A stretch of DNA of 64,000 nucleotides from Bacteroidia bacterium (GTDB taxonomy: Bacteria > Bacteroidota > Bacteroidia > Bacteroidales > CAJPTX01). This document shows, piece after piece, positions 8,981 to 18,342 of the stretch (within the stretch, counting starts at the first letter, position 1; the number at the start of each line of letters is the position of its first letter). The translations under genes were made by a program, and so were the position numbers. The notes beneath the pieces were generated by a model. That model was not told the origin of the DNA and made no database searches. It saw nothing but the letters and a program-made list of their open reading frames with translations. The DNA lies in NCBI GenBank assembly GCA_002749065.1, contig PDTX01000003.1:145685-209684 (forward strand), written 5' to 3'.

Positions 8981-11422
8981 ATGTTCATAACCAAAAAGAG
9001 GACAAAGATGAATTGGAGACGCAAAGCGGCATCTGTAGCCATCGTAGCATTGGCAGCACTGGTAGTAGCACCATCCTGCAAGAAGGATGATGATGTCAAA
9101 CCGGCGAGCAAGACGCCCCAGGTTGGGAATACGAATGGTAATTCTACCGGCGGGGCCGAGAAGAAGGCCGATGAGGAGGCCAGGAAGAGGAAAGAGGAGG
9201 ATGCCGAGAAGAAGGCCAAGCTGCTGAAGCAGATAGATGCCATCAAGGGCAAGGTGAAGGAGGTGGATGCCTTGACGGACAAGGCGCAGAAGAAGGCCAA
9301 GCTGGGCGAGGCGAAGGAGGAGACGATGAAGACGCTCACCCTTGTGAAGCAGGCGCCCAAGGGCATTCTGGACGAGGAGATAAAGCAGCTGGAGGGCATC
9401 GTGAAGGACATCGACAAGAAGCTGCAGGAGATGATGACCCCGGGGGAGGCCGAGATGCAGCTGAAGAAGGTGAATGAGGCGCTGAAGGCCATCGAGGGTA
9501 AGGTGGAGGCCGCCGCGAAGGAGGCTGACCTGGCCAAGAAGAAGAAAGGGCTGGAAGAGGCCAAGACGGAGCTCGAGGCGGCCGATGGCCCGAAGAGCAA
9601 GCTGGGCGAGGTGAAGGACGGCACGGAAGGCAAGGCTGAGGCCATGAAGAAGCTGGAAGACCTGAAGAAGAGCATCGATGAGAAGCTGGCTGAGGTGAAG
9701 AAGGCCGAGGACAAGAAGGTGGTAGATGAGGTGAATGCCGAGCTGACCAAGATAGAGACCGCGGTGAATGGGGCGAAGCCGATGGCTGGCGACGATGTGG
9801 CCAAGCTGAAGGGGAAGAAGGGGAAGCTGGAGCAGGCCCAAAAGGATGCTGCAGCTGAGGAGAAGAAGCTGGAGAATGTGGCAGCTGAGGCCAAGACGGA
9901 GGCAGTGAAGAAGCTGGAGGGCATAAAGACGACGATTACCGCGGAGCTGGAGAAGGTGAATAAGGAGCTGGCTAAGGTTGCGGGGAAGGAGATTGTGGAT
10001 GAGGTGAACAAGGCGCTGGTCGAGGTGAAGAAGGCTGCCGATGCGGCTGTAGCCATGCCCAACACTGACCTTGCTGCGAAGAAGGCTGCGCTGGAGAAGG
10101 CCCAGACGGATGCTAAGGCTCAGGAGGAGAAGCTGAAGGATGTGGACGCTGAGACCAAGAAGGAGGCGGTGAAGAAGCTGGAGGACATCCAGAAGACGAT
10201 TACCGAGGAGCTGAAGAAGGTGAATAAGGAGCTGGCTGGTAAGGCTGGTGGTAAGAAGATTGTAGATGAGGTGAATGCCGAGCTGGCCAAGATAGAGACC
10301 GCGGTGGAGCAGGCCAAGACGGAAGCCGACCTGGCCAAGAAGAAGGCTGCGCTGGAGCAGGCCCAGAAGGATGCTATGGCTCAGGGCAAGAAGCTGGAGA
10401 ATGTGGCTGATGAGACCAAGAAGGACGCAGTGAAGAAGCTGGAGGGCATAAAGACGACGATTACCGAGGAGCTGGAGAAGGTGAAGAAGGAGCTGGGGAA
10501 AGTTGCGGGGAAGGAGCTGGAGGCTGTGAAGACCCAGCTGCAGGAGCTGGATGGTAAGGTTAATACTGCGCTGGCCCTACCCGAAGATGACCTCAAGGCG
10601 AAGGTAGAGCAGCTGAATAAGGTGAAGGGTGAGGCAGAGGAGCTTGGCAAGAAGCTGGCGATGGTGAAGGGCGAGAAGGCCGAGACCAAAACGAAGCTGA
10701 AGGAGACCTCCCTGAAGATAGATGCTGGGCTGAAGAAAGCCATGGAGACGGCGGCTGCGAAGGTGAAGGAAATAGCCAACTACGTAAAGGAGGAAGCAGG
10801 TAAGGTTTCTGGCTTTATCAATGCTAATGACAAGAACAATCTGATAGAGGCTCAGAATAGGATTGAGGGGAAGATGGCAGAGCTGAATAAGCTACCTGAA
10901 GAGGCTTCAGAGTTCAAGACGACCAAGGATAATCTTAGCAAAATTTCGGCGGCAGCAGCCGTTGCAGTTGAACTAATTGATGCTAAGGCTGAGTACAAGG
11001 CGGACGAGGTGAAGGCGGCGTTCAAGGCTGTAGCAGATGCTAAGCCAGTAAAAGTCATTGGGGATATCGGTCGAATAACAAAGCCTGCAGCCGGTACTTC
11101 AACAGAAGCTTATGACGCAGCTAAGGGTGCTGTAGAAGACTTAAACTTGATTAAGGAAATCAATGAGAACACCGAACTGGATAAGGTTGTAATGCTCGAA
11201 AAGAACATAAATAACCTCAAGGCTGCGAAGGAAAAAATACCTGCAGCTGGCGTTTCTGGTGTGTTGGCATCCTCTGTTGCGAAGGAATTCAGGGCTTGTG
11301 TTGATGCCCTAGATAATGCTCTTACCAAGGCCAAGGAAAATCAGGCGGCCAAGATGAAGCTGGATGAGGCTCAGAAGAATCTGACCCCGCTGAAGAGCAA
11401 GGTGGACGAGCTGGCGAAGTAG
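8981..11422 (+). CDS. Lys/Glu/Ala-rich coiled-coil surface lipoprotein with tandem ~90-aa repeats
   Basis: 813 aa. Signal peptide with lipobox (..AALVVAPS-C-KKDDD). Almost the entire mature protein is heptad-like K/E/A sequence. An alternative ATG at 9008 is equally possible. Confidence 0.8.
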   Translation: MFITKKRTKMNWRRKAASVAIVALAALVVAPSCKKDDDVKPASKTPQVGNTNGNSTGGAEKKADEEARKRKEEDAEKKAKLLKQIDAIKGKVKEVDALTDKAQKKAKLGEAKEETMKTLTLVKQAPKGILDEEIKQLEGIVKDIDKKLQEMMTPGEAEMQLKKVNEALKAIEGKVEAAAKEADLAKKKKGLEEAKTELEAADGPKSKLGEVKDGTEGKAEAMKKLEDLKKSIDEKLAEVKKAEDKKVVDEVNAELTKIETAVNGAKPMAGDDVAKLKGKKGKLEQAQKDAAAEEKKLENVAAEAKTEAVKKLEGIKTTITAELEKVNKELAKVAGKEIVDEVNKALVEVKKAADAAVAMPNTDLAAKKAALEKAQTDAKAQEEKLKDVDAETKKEAVKKLEDIQKTITEELKKVNKELAGKAGGKKIVDEVNAELAKIETAVEQAKTEADLAKKKAALEQAQKDAMAQGKKLENVADETKKDAVKKLEGIKTTITEELEKVKKELGKVAGKELEAVKTQLQELDGKVNTALALPEDDLKAKVEQLNKVKGEAEELGKKLAMVKGEKAETKTKLKETSLKIDAGLKKAMETAAAKVKEIANYVKEEAGKVSGFINANDKNNLIEAQNRIEGKMAELNKLPEEASEFKTTKDNLSKISAAAAVAVELIDAKAEYKADEVKAAFKAVADAKPVKVIGDIGRITKPAAGTSTEAYDAAKGAVEDLNLIKEINENTELDKVVMLEKNINNLKAAKEKIPAAGVSGVLASSVAKEFRACVDALDNALTKAKENQAAKMKLDEAQKNLTPLKSKVDELAK
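9715..10760 (+). repeat. in-frame tandem repeat, period ~270 nt (about 4 clear copies; weaker copies extend upstream to ~9.2 kb)
   Basis: GTAGATGAGGTGAATGCCGAGCTG[A/G]CCAAGATAGAGACCGCGGTG occurs at 9722 and 10262, with a diverged copy at ~9994. GTGAAGAAGCTGGAGGGCATAAAGACGACGATTACCG occurs at ~9906 and ~10430. Confidence 0.85.
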
Positions 11423-11449
11423 GCCCGAGGGGATAGGTAGCATACGGAG

Positions 11450-11479
11450 GGGCGGCCCGATATGGGCCGCCCTTTTTTT
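11450..11479 (+). terminator. rho-independent terminator after the coiled-coil gene
   Basis: Stem GGGCGGCCC (11450-58) / GGGCCGCCC (11464-72), 5-nt loop, then T7 (11473-79). Confidence 0.8.
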
Positions 11480-11521
11480 GGGCTTTTGCCCCGCGCCCGG
11501 CGGAGTTTGCGTACTTTGGCC

Positions 11522-11529
11522 TATCTTTG
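11522..11529 (+). promoter_or_regulatory. -7 promoter box TATCTTTG for lepB
   Basis: Perfect TAnnTTTG match, 18 nt upstream of the ATG at 11547. Confidence 0.5.
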
Positions 11530-11546
11530 TGGCAACAATTTGGTAT

Positions 11547-12881
11547 ATGGAGAAGCTGAGGGATTTCCTGGGGAAGTACGGTCGTTTCGCGCTGGTGGCC
11601 CTGGTGTACGTGCTGGTGGTGGTGTGGACGGGGGGCTACTGGTGGTTGCTGGGCCTACCGGTGGTGTACGATTTCTACGTGTCGAAGCGGGTGCACTGGT
11701 TCTTCTGGCGCAAGCGGGGCGTGCGGCGGCAGTCGGTGCTGGTGGAGTGGGTCGATGCCCTGCTCTTCGCCGGGGTGGCGGCCCTGCTCATCCGACTGCT
11801 GCTCTTCGAGGCCTTCAGGATACCGTCCGGCTCGATGGAGAAGAGCCTGCTGGTGGGCGACTACATCTTCGTGTCGAAGCTGGCCTACGGGCCGAAGATG
11901 CCCAATACGCCCGTGAGCTTCCCCTTCGTGCAGCATACCCTGCCCTTCACCGAGGCCACCCCCTCGTACACCCGCCTGCTGGAGTTCGGCTACGACCGCC
12001 GGCCGGGCCTGGGGCGCGTGGAGCGCAACGACGTGGTGGTCTTCCAGTTCCCGGAGGGCGACACCGTCGTCACCGAGTACCCCGAGCGGAGCTACTACGC
12101 CATGTGCCGCGAGCTGGGCCGGGAGCACGTGCAGCGCAACTTCCAGCTGGTGGTGCGCCCGGTGGACCACCGCGAGAACTACATCAAGCGCTGCGTGGCC
12201 ATCCCGGGCGACACGCTCCGCATCGTCGGTGGCCAGGTGTACGTCAACGGCCAGCGGCAGCAGCGCTTCCCGGGCCTGCAGTACTCCTACCACCTGAAGA
12301 CCAACGGCGTACCCATCAATCCGCGCCTCCTCGACGAGATGGAGATCTACCCCAACGACCGACTATTCAGCCAGGCCGACAGTCGCTACATGCTACCCCT
12401 GACGGCGGGCATGAAGGACCAGCTCGAGAAGCTGCCCAACGTGCTGGCGGTGGAGCAGTACGTCGACCGCGCGTGGGAGCAGATGCAGCGGTACATCTTC
12501 CCGCACTCGCCCCACTACCGGTGGACGGAGGACGAGTTCGGCCCCATCGTCATCCCCAGGCGGGGCGCGACCGTCACCCTGACCCCCGCGACCCTCCCGC
12601 TCTACCGGCGCATCATCGAGTGCTACGAGGGCCACAGCCTGGAGCAGCGCGACGCGGCCATCCTGGTCGACGGCCAGCGGGTGGAGAGCTACACCTTCGC
12701 GATGGACTACTACTGGATGATGGGCGACAACCGCCACCATTCGCTGGACTCCCGCTTCTGGGGCTTCGTGCCGGAGGACCACGTGGTGGGCAAGGCCGTG
12801 ATGGTCTGGATGTCCACCTCCCCTCTGGGCAGCTTCCCGGGCAATATCCGCTGGTCGCGCCTGTTCACCAAGATACGCTAG
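11547..12881 (+). CDS. lepB: signal peptidase I
   Basis: S26 motifs IPSGSMEKSL (catalytic Ser), KRCVAIPGD and GDNRHHSLDSRFWGFVPEDHVVGKA. The track start at 11478 is a TTG inside the upstream terminator, so I chose the ATG at 11547. Confidence 0.9.
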   Translation: MEKLRDFLGKYGRFALVALVYVLVVVWTGGYWWLLGLPVVYDFYVSKRVHWFFWRKRGVRRQSVLVEWVDALLFAGVAALLIRLLLFEAFRIPSGSMEKSLLVGDYIFVSKLAYGPKMPNTPVSFPFVQHTLPFTEATPSYTRLLEFGYDRRPGLGRVERNDVVVFQFPEGDTVVTEYPERSYYAMCRELGREHVQRNFQLVVRPVDHRENYIKRCVAIPGDTLRIVGGQVYVNGQRQQRFPGLQYSYHLKTNGVPINPRLLDEMEIYPNDRLFSQADSRYMLPLTAGMKDQLEKLPNVLAVEQYVDRAWEQMQRYIFPHSPHYRWTEDEFGPIVIPRRGATVTLTPATLPLYRRIIECYEGHSLEQRDAAILVDGQRVESYTFAMDYYWMMGDNRHHSLDSRFWGFVPEDHVVGKAVMVWMSTSPLGSFPGNIRWSRLFTKIR

Positions 12882-12883
12882 GC

Positions 12884-13519
12884 ATGCTGCTGGCCGACCG
12901 CTACCGGGCCCTGATAGCCCACTTCCTGGAGGCCAACCCCGCCCCCGAGAGCGAGCTGCGCTTCCGCGATGCCTACGAGCTGCTGGTGGCCGTCATCCTC
13001 TCGGCCCAGTGCACCGACGTGCGGGTGAACCAGCTGACCCCCGCGCTCTTCGAGGCCTACCCCTCGGCCGGCCATCTGGCCCGCGCCACCGAGGAGGAGA
13101 TATTCGCCTACGTGCGCAGCTGCTCCTACCCCAACGCCAAGGCCAAGCACCTGAAGGGCATGGCCGAGCGCCTGGTGGCCGACTTCGGGGGGGAGGTGCC
13201 GGGGGACTTCGGGGCGCTCACCTCCCTGCCCGGCGTGGGGCGCAAGACCGCCAACGTGGTCCTCTCGGTGATGTTCGACCAGCCCGCCCTGGCCGTGGAT
13301 ACGCACGTCTTCCGCGTGGCCAGGCGCCTGGGGCTCACCCGTGGCGCGAAGACCCCCGAGGAGACCGAGCGGCAGCTCACCCGCCACATACCCCGCGAGT
13401 ACTGGTCCAGGGCGCACCACTGGCTCATACTGCACGGGCGCTACGTCTGCCTGGCCCGAAGGCCCAAGTGCGAAGAGTGCGACCTCTCGGGGATATGCGC
13501 CAAGCGCGGGGTGGGGTAG
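12884..13519 (+). CDS. nth: endonuclease III
   Basis: 211 aa from the ATG at 12884. HhH-GPD (LPGVGRKTANVVL), DTH, and the C-terminal 4Fe-4S cluster CLARRPKCEECDLSGIC. The upstream part of the 685-aa track ORF is an alternate frame of lepB. Confidence 0.92.
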   Translation: MLLADRYRALIAHFLEANPAPESELRFRDAYELLVAVILSAQCTDVRVNQLTPALFEAYPSAGHLARATEEEIFAYVRSCSYPNAKAKHLKGMAERLVADFGGEVPGDFGALTSLPGVGRKTANVVLSVMFDQPALAVDTHVFRVARRLGLTRGAKTPEETERQLTRHIPREYWSRAHHWLILHGRYVCLARRPKCEECDLSGICAKRGVG

Positions 13520-13531
13520 GGTGCGTGGAGC

Positions 13532-14296
13532 CTAGCCCCGCTCCTCGTGTAGCTGCTTGACCTTCTGGGCCATGGGCGTGGCGAAGACGAAGGCGTTGAG
13601 CTGCTCGTTGTCGCTGCTGAGGACCTCCTTGCTGGTGCCCTGCCAGGCCAGCTGCCCCTCGTAGAGGAAGACCACCGTGTCGCCGATGGCCATCACCGAG
13701 TTCATGTCGTGCGTGTTCACGATGGTGGTGATGTCGAACTCCTGGGTGAGGTTGTGTATCAGGCTGTCGATGAGCAGGCCCGTGGTGGGGTCGAGGCCCG
13801 AGTTGGGTTCGTCGCAGAAGAGGTACTTGGGCCTGGGGGCTATGGCCCGGGCTATGGCCACCCGCTTACGCATGCCGCCGCTGAGCTCCGCGGGGTAGAG
13901 GCGCATGGTGTTGGCCAGGTCCACCCGCTCGAGGCACTCCTCCACCCGCTTCTGCATCTCTTTTCGCCCCATCTGGGTGAACATGCGCAGGGGGAAGCCC
14001 ACGTTCTCCCCCACGCTCATGGAGTCGAAGAGCGCGCCGTTCTGGAATATCATCCCCGTTTCGCGCTGTATGCGGTGCTTGTCCCGGGGCGAGAGGTCCG
14101 GCACATTCTCCCCCTCGAAGAGTATCTGCCCCCCGTCGGGGCTGAGCAGGCCCGAGAGCAGCTTGATCATGACCGTCTTCCCCGAGCCGCTCTTGCCGAT
14201 CACCAGGTTGGTTTTCCCCCGCTCGAAGCGGGCATTGATGCCCTTGAGCACATCGCGCTCATCGAAGCGCTTGACCAGGTTCACAGCCTCTATCAT
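13532..14296 (-). CDS. ABC transporter ATP-binding protein (MlaF-like)
   Basis: 254 aa from the ATG at 14294-96. Walker A GKSGSGKT, signature LSGGMRKR and Walker B LFCDEP. There is a 4-nt ATGA overlap with the permease gene. Confidence 0.9.
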   Translation of the reverse strand: MIEAVNLVKRFDERDVLKGINARFERGKTNLVIGKSGSGKTVMIKLLSGLLSPDGGQILFEGENVPDLSPRDKHRIQRETGMIFQNGALFDSMSVGENVGFPLRMFTQMGRKEMQKRVEECLERVDLANTMRLYPAELSGGMRKRVAIARAIAPRPKYLFCDEPNSGLDPTTGLLIDSLIHNLTQEFDITTIVNTHDMNSVMAIGDTVVFLYEGQLAWQGTSKEVLSSDNEQLNAFVFATPMAQKVKQLHEERG

Positions 14297-15045
14297 CCGA
14301 AGAACATTTGCGTGATGATGAAGTTGAGGATCAGGACGGCGATGCTGCTGTCGACGACCCCCCGCGTGCTGGCGCGCCCGACCTCCAGGGAGCCCCCCTG
14401 CACGTAGTACGACCAGAAGGCCGGGACGGTGGCGATGACGAAGCCGTAGGTCGACATCTTCACCAGCGTGAAGCTGATGTACCAGGGCTTGAAGAAGCTC
14501 CGTATGCCCTCGATGAAGTCGGCCGCCATGATGACCCCGGTGAGATGCCCGGCCGCGCCACCCCCGATGATGCCGATGATGAAGCTCATGATGGTCAGCA
14601 GGGGGAAGAAGAGCACCGTGGCCGTCACCTTGGGCAGCACCAGGAAAGCGGCCGAGTTGACCCCCATGACCTCCAGCGCGTCGATCTGCTCGGTGATGCG
14701 CATGGTGCCGATCTCCGAGGCGATGCTCCCCCCCACCTTGCCGGCCAGCACCAGGGCGATGACCGTGGAGCTGAATTCCAGCAGAATCATGTCGCGGGTG
14801 GCCACCCCGATGGTGAAGACCGGGAGTAGGGGGTGCGCCGCCTGGTAGGTGAGCTCGATGGTGAGCACCGCCCCCACGAAGAGCGAGACCACGGCCACGA
14901 TCCACGTGGAGCGAACCACCAGCAACCACACCTCGTCGACTAGCCGCTGCAGGAAGACGGGCCACCTCCCCGGCCTCCTGGCTACCTGTCCGAGGAAGAG
15001 CACGTAGCGCCCCAGTAAAGTAAGTAGCCCCTTGAGGATAATCAT
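14293..15045 (-). CDS. MlaE-family ABC transporter permease
   Basis: 250 aa from the ATG at 15043-45. Conserved EIGTMRITEQIDALEVMG motif and multiple TM helices. Confidence 0.85.
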   Translation of the reverse strand: MIILKGLLTLLGRYVLFLGQVARRPGRWPVFLQRLVDEVWLLVVRSTWIVAVVSLFVGAVLTIELTYQAAHPLLPVFTIGVATRDMILLEFSSTVIALVLAGKVGGSIASEIGTMRITEQIDALEVMGVNSAAFLVLPKVTATVLFFPLLTIMSFIIGIIGGGAAGHLTGVIMAADFIEGIRSFFKPWYISFTLVKMSTYGFVIATVPAFWSYYVQGGSLEVGRASTRGVVDSSIAVLILNFIITQMFFG

Positions 15046-15137
15046 GACCCCGCGAAGGTAGGAAAATCCGGGATACGCCGCACTTTTATCCCACGGAAAG
15101 GTTAATTTCGCGGGCAGGAACGAAATACACGCATGGT

Positions 15138-15995
15138 ATGGAGAGAGGATTTTTGAACCTGGGCCTGGGCTTTTTGCTCTCGCTCCTCGTGCTGCTGGGG
15201 CTATCCGCCTGCGGGGGGAGAGTCGCCACGCCCCTTGGCCCGAAGCCCCAGACCGAGGCCAACCTGGCGATTGAGTGGGTGTGGGTAGAGGGTGGCACAT
15301 TCAGGATGGGTAGTCCGACTGGGGAAGGAGGGGCCATTTTTGACGAGCAACCCCGGCACAAAGTGGAGGTTCCCTCCTTCTGGATGAGCGCGACGGAGGT
15401 CACCAACGCGCAGTACAGGGGCTTTCTGGAGAGCCTGCCGGAGGGCGACACGCGGCGGCGTACCGGTCCGAATTCCCCGGACCTGGACGAGGCGTTCAAG
15501 GGTGATGACCAGCCGGTGGTGATGGTCACCTGGGACGACGCTCAGGCCTTCTGCGCCTGGGTGGGCCACGGGGTGACCCTCCCGACGGAGGCGCAGTGGG
15601 AGTACGCTTGCCGGGCGGGGAACGAGACGGTGTACAGCTTCGGGGACGATGCCGACCAGCTGGGCGACTACGCCTGGTACGGCGAGGACTACGACATGGG
15701 CCGTACGCACCCGGTGGGCCAGAAGCCAGCCAATGCCTTCGGCCTCTACGATATGCATGGCAACGCATGGGAGTGGTGCGCCGACTGGTATGGGGAGGAC
15801 TACTACGCCACCTGCGATGGGGGCGGCACGGCAGTCAACCCGTCCGGTCCAGCCAGTGGTGCTAACCGTGTGGCGCGGGGTGGCAGCTACATCAACAATG
15901 CCCGGTTCTGCCGCAGCGCGACACGCTCGGGTGACCTCCTAGGGGCTCAGGATGAGGTCCTGGGGTTCAGGGTGGTCGTGCCCGTTACGCCCTAA
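15138..15995 (+). CDS. formylglycine-generating enzyme (SUMF1/FGE-sulfatase) family lipoprotein
   Basis: 285 aa. Lipobox LSAC. Motifs PVVMVTWDDAQAFCAW, NAFGLYDMHGNAWEWCADWY and RVARGGSY. Confidence 0.85.
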   Translation: MERGFLNLGLGFLLSLLVLLGLSACGGRVATPLGPKPQTEANLAIEWVWVEGGTFRMGSPTGEGGAIFDEQPRHKVEVPSFWMSATEVTNAQYRGFLESLPEGDTRRRTGPNSPDLDEAFKGDDQPVVMVTWDDAQAFCAWVGHGVTLPTEAQWEYACRAGNETVYSFGDDADQLGDYAWYGEDYDMGRTHPVGQKPANAFGLYDMHGNAWEWCADWYGEDYYATCDGGGTAVNPSGPASGANRVARGGSYINNARFCRSATRSGDLLGAQDEVLGFRVVVPVTP

Positions 15996-16117
15996 TCGGG
16001 AACTTCGGGGATATATATCCATGGCCGTGAAGTGCTTGCGAAGTGTGGCCATGGTTGGATTTACCAGGTTAGAAATCTGCGGCTTACAGGGTAAACCTGA
16101 AGGTGACCCTTTAGGTG

Positions 16118-16804
16118 CTAGTGGGTGCACGACCCCGACGGAGGTGTCAATGCGGCGAGCCCACCCGGCCCCTCGTTCATGAGCAGGTCCAGCCCCGAGG
16201 CGTTGGCCACGAATCCGTGCCGCTCGCCGAATACCTGGTAGTACTCCCCTTGCCCCTCCCTTGCCCGCTTGGGGTGGTACAGCTCGCGCGCATCGCCCTT
16301 TCGCTCAGCCTGATAGTCCTCCAGGTACAGCAGCTCCGTCCCGACCCCAAAGCTCCGCAGCAGGAAGTCCAGCAGACGGGCATTCAGGCGGTAGAGCCGC
16401 TCCTCCCCGGAGAGGATGATGCTTTCCAGCTCCTCGCAGTAGTGGATGTAGTAGGCGGCCTTCCCGTAGGCGGCGCGTATCGCCCCAAGGTGCGCCCGCT
16501 GCCAGGGGGTGGAGTAGTCCACCAGCACCCCGCACGTGGGCGTATGGTTGTCCCCGGGGCGTTTCACCGGGATGCTCAGCGCCTGCCGCCCCTGCGCGCC
16601 GACTATCTCGCAGCGATTGCGGTAGCTCTGCTTGGCGTAGGTCTCCCCGACCTCCACGGCCACCCGCCCATGCTGGGCCAGCCGCCAGAGGTAGTCCACC
16701 GGCGGGAGGTAGGCCGACCAGAGGGTGAGCGTGGCGGCTGGCTCGTTCTCCGTCAGTACCTCCTCCGGATAACCCGAATTAGCACACGAATACCCTCGCC
16801 CCAT
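16118..16804 (-). CDS. WbqC-family protein
   Basis: 228 aa. The pattern ...SAYLPPVDYLWRLAQ...E.YAKQSYRNRCEI.GA.G...LSIPV is typical of the WbqC family. It lies 28 nt downstream of tyrS, and the N-terminal boundary is uncertain. Confidence 0.7.
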   Translation of the reverse strand: MGRGYSCANSGYPEEVLTENEPAATLTLWSAYLPPVDYLWRLAQHGRVAVEVGETYAKQSYRNRCEIVGAQGRQALSIPVKRPGDNHTPTCGVLVDYSTPWQRAHLGAIRAAYGKAAYYIHYCEELESIILSGEERLYRLNARLLDFLLRSFGVGTELLYLEDYQAERKGDARELYHPKRAREGQGEYYQVFGERHGFVANASGLDLLMNEGPGGLAALTPPSGSCTH

Positions 16805-16832
16805 CCTCCTCGCAATCAGCCTGATGCGCCCT

Positions 16833-18137
16833 TTAGCCTACAGTGATGATGTAGTAGTCCTTCTTGCCCTTCTGCACCAGGATGTACTTCCCCTGCAGCG
16901 TGTCGTCCATGCCCACCGTGCGCTCCGCCTCGCTCACCTTCACCTTGTTGAGGCTCAGCCCCCCGCCCTTCACGGCGCGGCGCAGCTCGCCCTTCGAGGG
17001 AAAAATCTGCGTCAGGTCGGTGAGCAGGTCCACCAGCGGCACGCCCCCGCGCAGCGTCTCGGCCGAAACGCCCATCGTGGGCACGCCGTCGAACACCGAG
17101 AGGAAGGTCTCCTCGTCCAGCCGCAGGAGCGCGTCGTGCGTATCCTTCCCGAAGAGGATGCCCGATGCCTCCACCGCCCTGTCGTACTCCTCCTGCCCGT
17201 GCACCATGACGGTCACCTCCCGGGCCAATACCCCCTGCAGCAGCCGTTTGTGCGGCGCCTCGGCGTGCTCCCGCTCCATCGCCTCTATCTCCCCGCGCCC
17301 CAGCATGGTGAAGATGCGGATGTAGCGCCCGGCATCCTCGTCGGAGGTGTTGAGCCAGAACTGGTAGAAGCGGTAGGGCGAGGTGAGCCGCCGGTCGAGC
17401 CATATGTTGCCCTGCTCGGTCTTGCCGAATTTCCGCCCGTCGGCCTTCTTGATCAGCGGGCAGGTCAGGCAGTAGGCCTCCGTCCCGTCCATGCGGCGGA
17501 TTAGCTCCACGCCCGTGGTCATGTTGCCCCACTGGTCCGAGCCCCCCATCTGCATCGACACGCCGTAGTGGCGGTGCATGTGCAGGAAGTCCGTGCCCTG
17601 TATGAGCTGGTAGGTGAACTCCGTGAAGGAGAGGCCCGTGCCCCCCTCCTCCGGGTTGAGCCGCCGCTTGACCGAGTCCTTGGCCATCATGTAGTTGACC
17701 GTGATGTGCTTGCCGATGTCGCGGATGAAATCCAGGAAGCTGAACTGGCTCATCCACTCGTAGTTGTTGAGCAGCAGGGCCCCGTTGGGCGCATCGGAGT
17801 TGAAGTCGATGAGCCGCTCGAATTGCGCCCGGATGCCCGCGATGTTCTCCTCTATCTTCTCGACCGTCAGCAGGTTACGCTCCTGCGACTTGCCCGAGGG
17901 GTCGCCTATCATCCCCGTCGCCCCCCCCAGGAGCACCACGGGCCTATGGCCGCAGCGCTGCAGGTGGCGGAGTATCATCACCGACACCAGGTGCCCGATG
18001 TGCAGCGAGTCGGCCGTCGGGTCGAAGCCCACGTAGGCCGTCACCATCCCCTGCTGCATGAACTCCTCCGTCCCCGGCATGATGTCCTGGAGCATACCCC
18101 GCCACCGTAGCTCCTCCACGAAATTCTGTACTGCCAT
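16833..18137 (-). CDS. tyrS: tyrosine--tRNA ligase
   Basis: 434 aa. HIGH motif (SLHIGHLV), KMSKS variant (KFGKT) and a C-terminal S4 domain. Confidence 0.95.
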   Translation of the reverse strand: MAVQNFVEELRWRGMLQDIMPGTEEFMQQGMVTAYVGFDPTADSLHIGHLVSVMILRHLQRCGHRPVVLLGGATGMIGDPSGKSQERNLLTVEKIEENIAGIRAQFERLIDFNSDAPNGALLLNNYEWMSQFSFLDFIRDIGKHITVNYMMAKDSVKRRLNPEEGGTGLSFTEFTYQLIQGTDFLHMHRHYGVSMQMGGSDQWGNMTTGVELIRRMDGTEAYCLTCPLIKKADGRKFGKTEQGNIWLDRRLTSPYRFYQFWLNTSDEDAGRYIRIFTMLGRGEIEAMEREHAEAPHKRLLQGVLAREVTVMVHGQEEYDRAVEASGILFGKDTHDALLRLDEETFLSVFDGVPTMGVSAETLRGGVPLVDLLTDLTQIFPSKGELRRAVKGGGLSLNKVKVSEAERTVGMDDTLQGKYILVQKGKKDYYIITVG

Positions 18138-18170
18138 AGCTTAGCTCTGCCCGATGTGCTTAGTACCTAC

Positions 18171-18197
18171 AAAAAAAGCGGGACGCACCTGGCCCGC
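18171..18197 (-). terminator. putative terminator after tRNA-Arg (minus strand)
   Basis: The minus strand reads GCGGG-CCAGGTGCGT-CCCGC followed by T7. The stem is short, so confidence is moderate. Confidence 0.5.
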
Positions 18198-18244
18198 AAA
18201 TCGAATCGCCCGCGGGTGCAACCGCCACGGGCCAGCATCCCGAG

Positions 18245-18316
18245 TAGCCCCAACAGGACTCGAACCTGTATCTGAAGTTTAGGAAACTTCCGTTCTATCC
18301 CTTGAACTATGGAGCC
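18245..18316 (-). tRNA. tRNA-Arg (anticodon CCT)
   Basis: Hand-folded cloverleaf on the minus strand. Acceptor GGCTCCA/TGGGGCT (G1-U72 wobble), U8, D arm GTTC-AAGGGATA-GAAC. Anticodon arm GAAGT-TTCCTAA-ACTTC, 4-nt variable loop, T arm ACAGG-TTCGAGT-CCTGT, discriminator A. No CCA is encoded. Confidence 0.85.
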
Positions 18317-18334
18317 CTTCCCTGAAAAGCACGG

Positions 18335-18342
18335 CAAAGGTA
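18335..18342 (-). promoter_or_regulatory. -7 promoter box TACCTTTG (minus strand) for tRNA-Arg
   Basis: Perfect box about 19 nt upstream of the tRNA 5' end. Confidence 0.5.

Noticed and set aside
8806-10065. A 419-aa Ser/Phe/Ala-rich ORF on the minus strand (plus 8936-9841 and several shorter ones).
   Set aside because: It is the reverse complement of the purine-rich AAG/GAG/GCN codons of the coiled-coil lipoprotein gene. It has no start context or promoter box, and its low-complexity composition mirrors the sense-strand repeats.
11462-13519. A 685-aa ORF that appears to fuse lepB and nth.
   Set aside because: Its first ~470 codons are an alternate frame of lepB, with a Gly/Arg/Pro/Ala-rich product. 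Only the last 211 codons, from the ATG at 12884, are endonuclease III. The N-terminal extensions of the track ORFs 13532-14965, 14293-15300, 43408-44496, 43866-44504, 46742-48826, 22294-23052 and 6896-8008 are rejected for the same reason.
15138-15995. The FGE/SUMF1-family lipoprotein as part of a sulfatase-maturation system.
   Set aside because: No sulfatase gene is adjacent; the neighbours are the MlaE permease and WbqC. FGE-fold domains are widespread in non-sulfatase contexts, so there is no sequence evidence here for a system.
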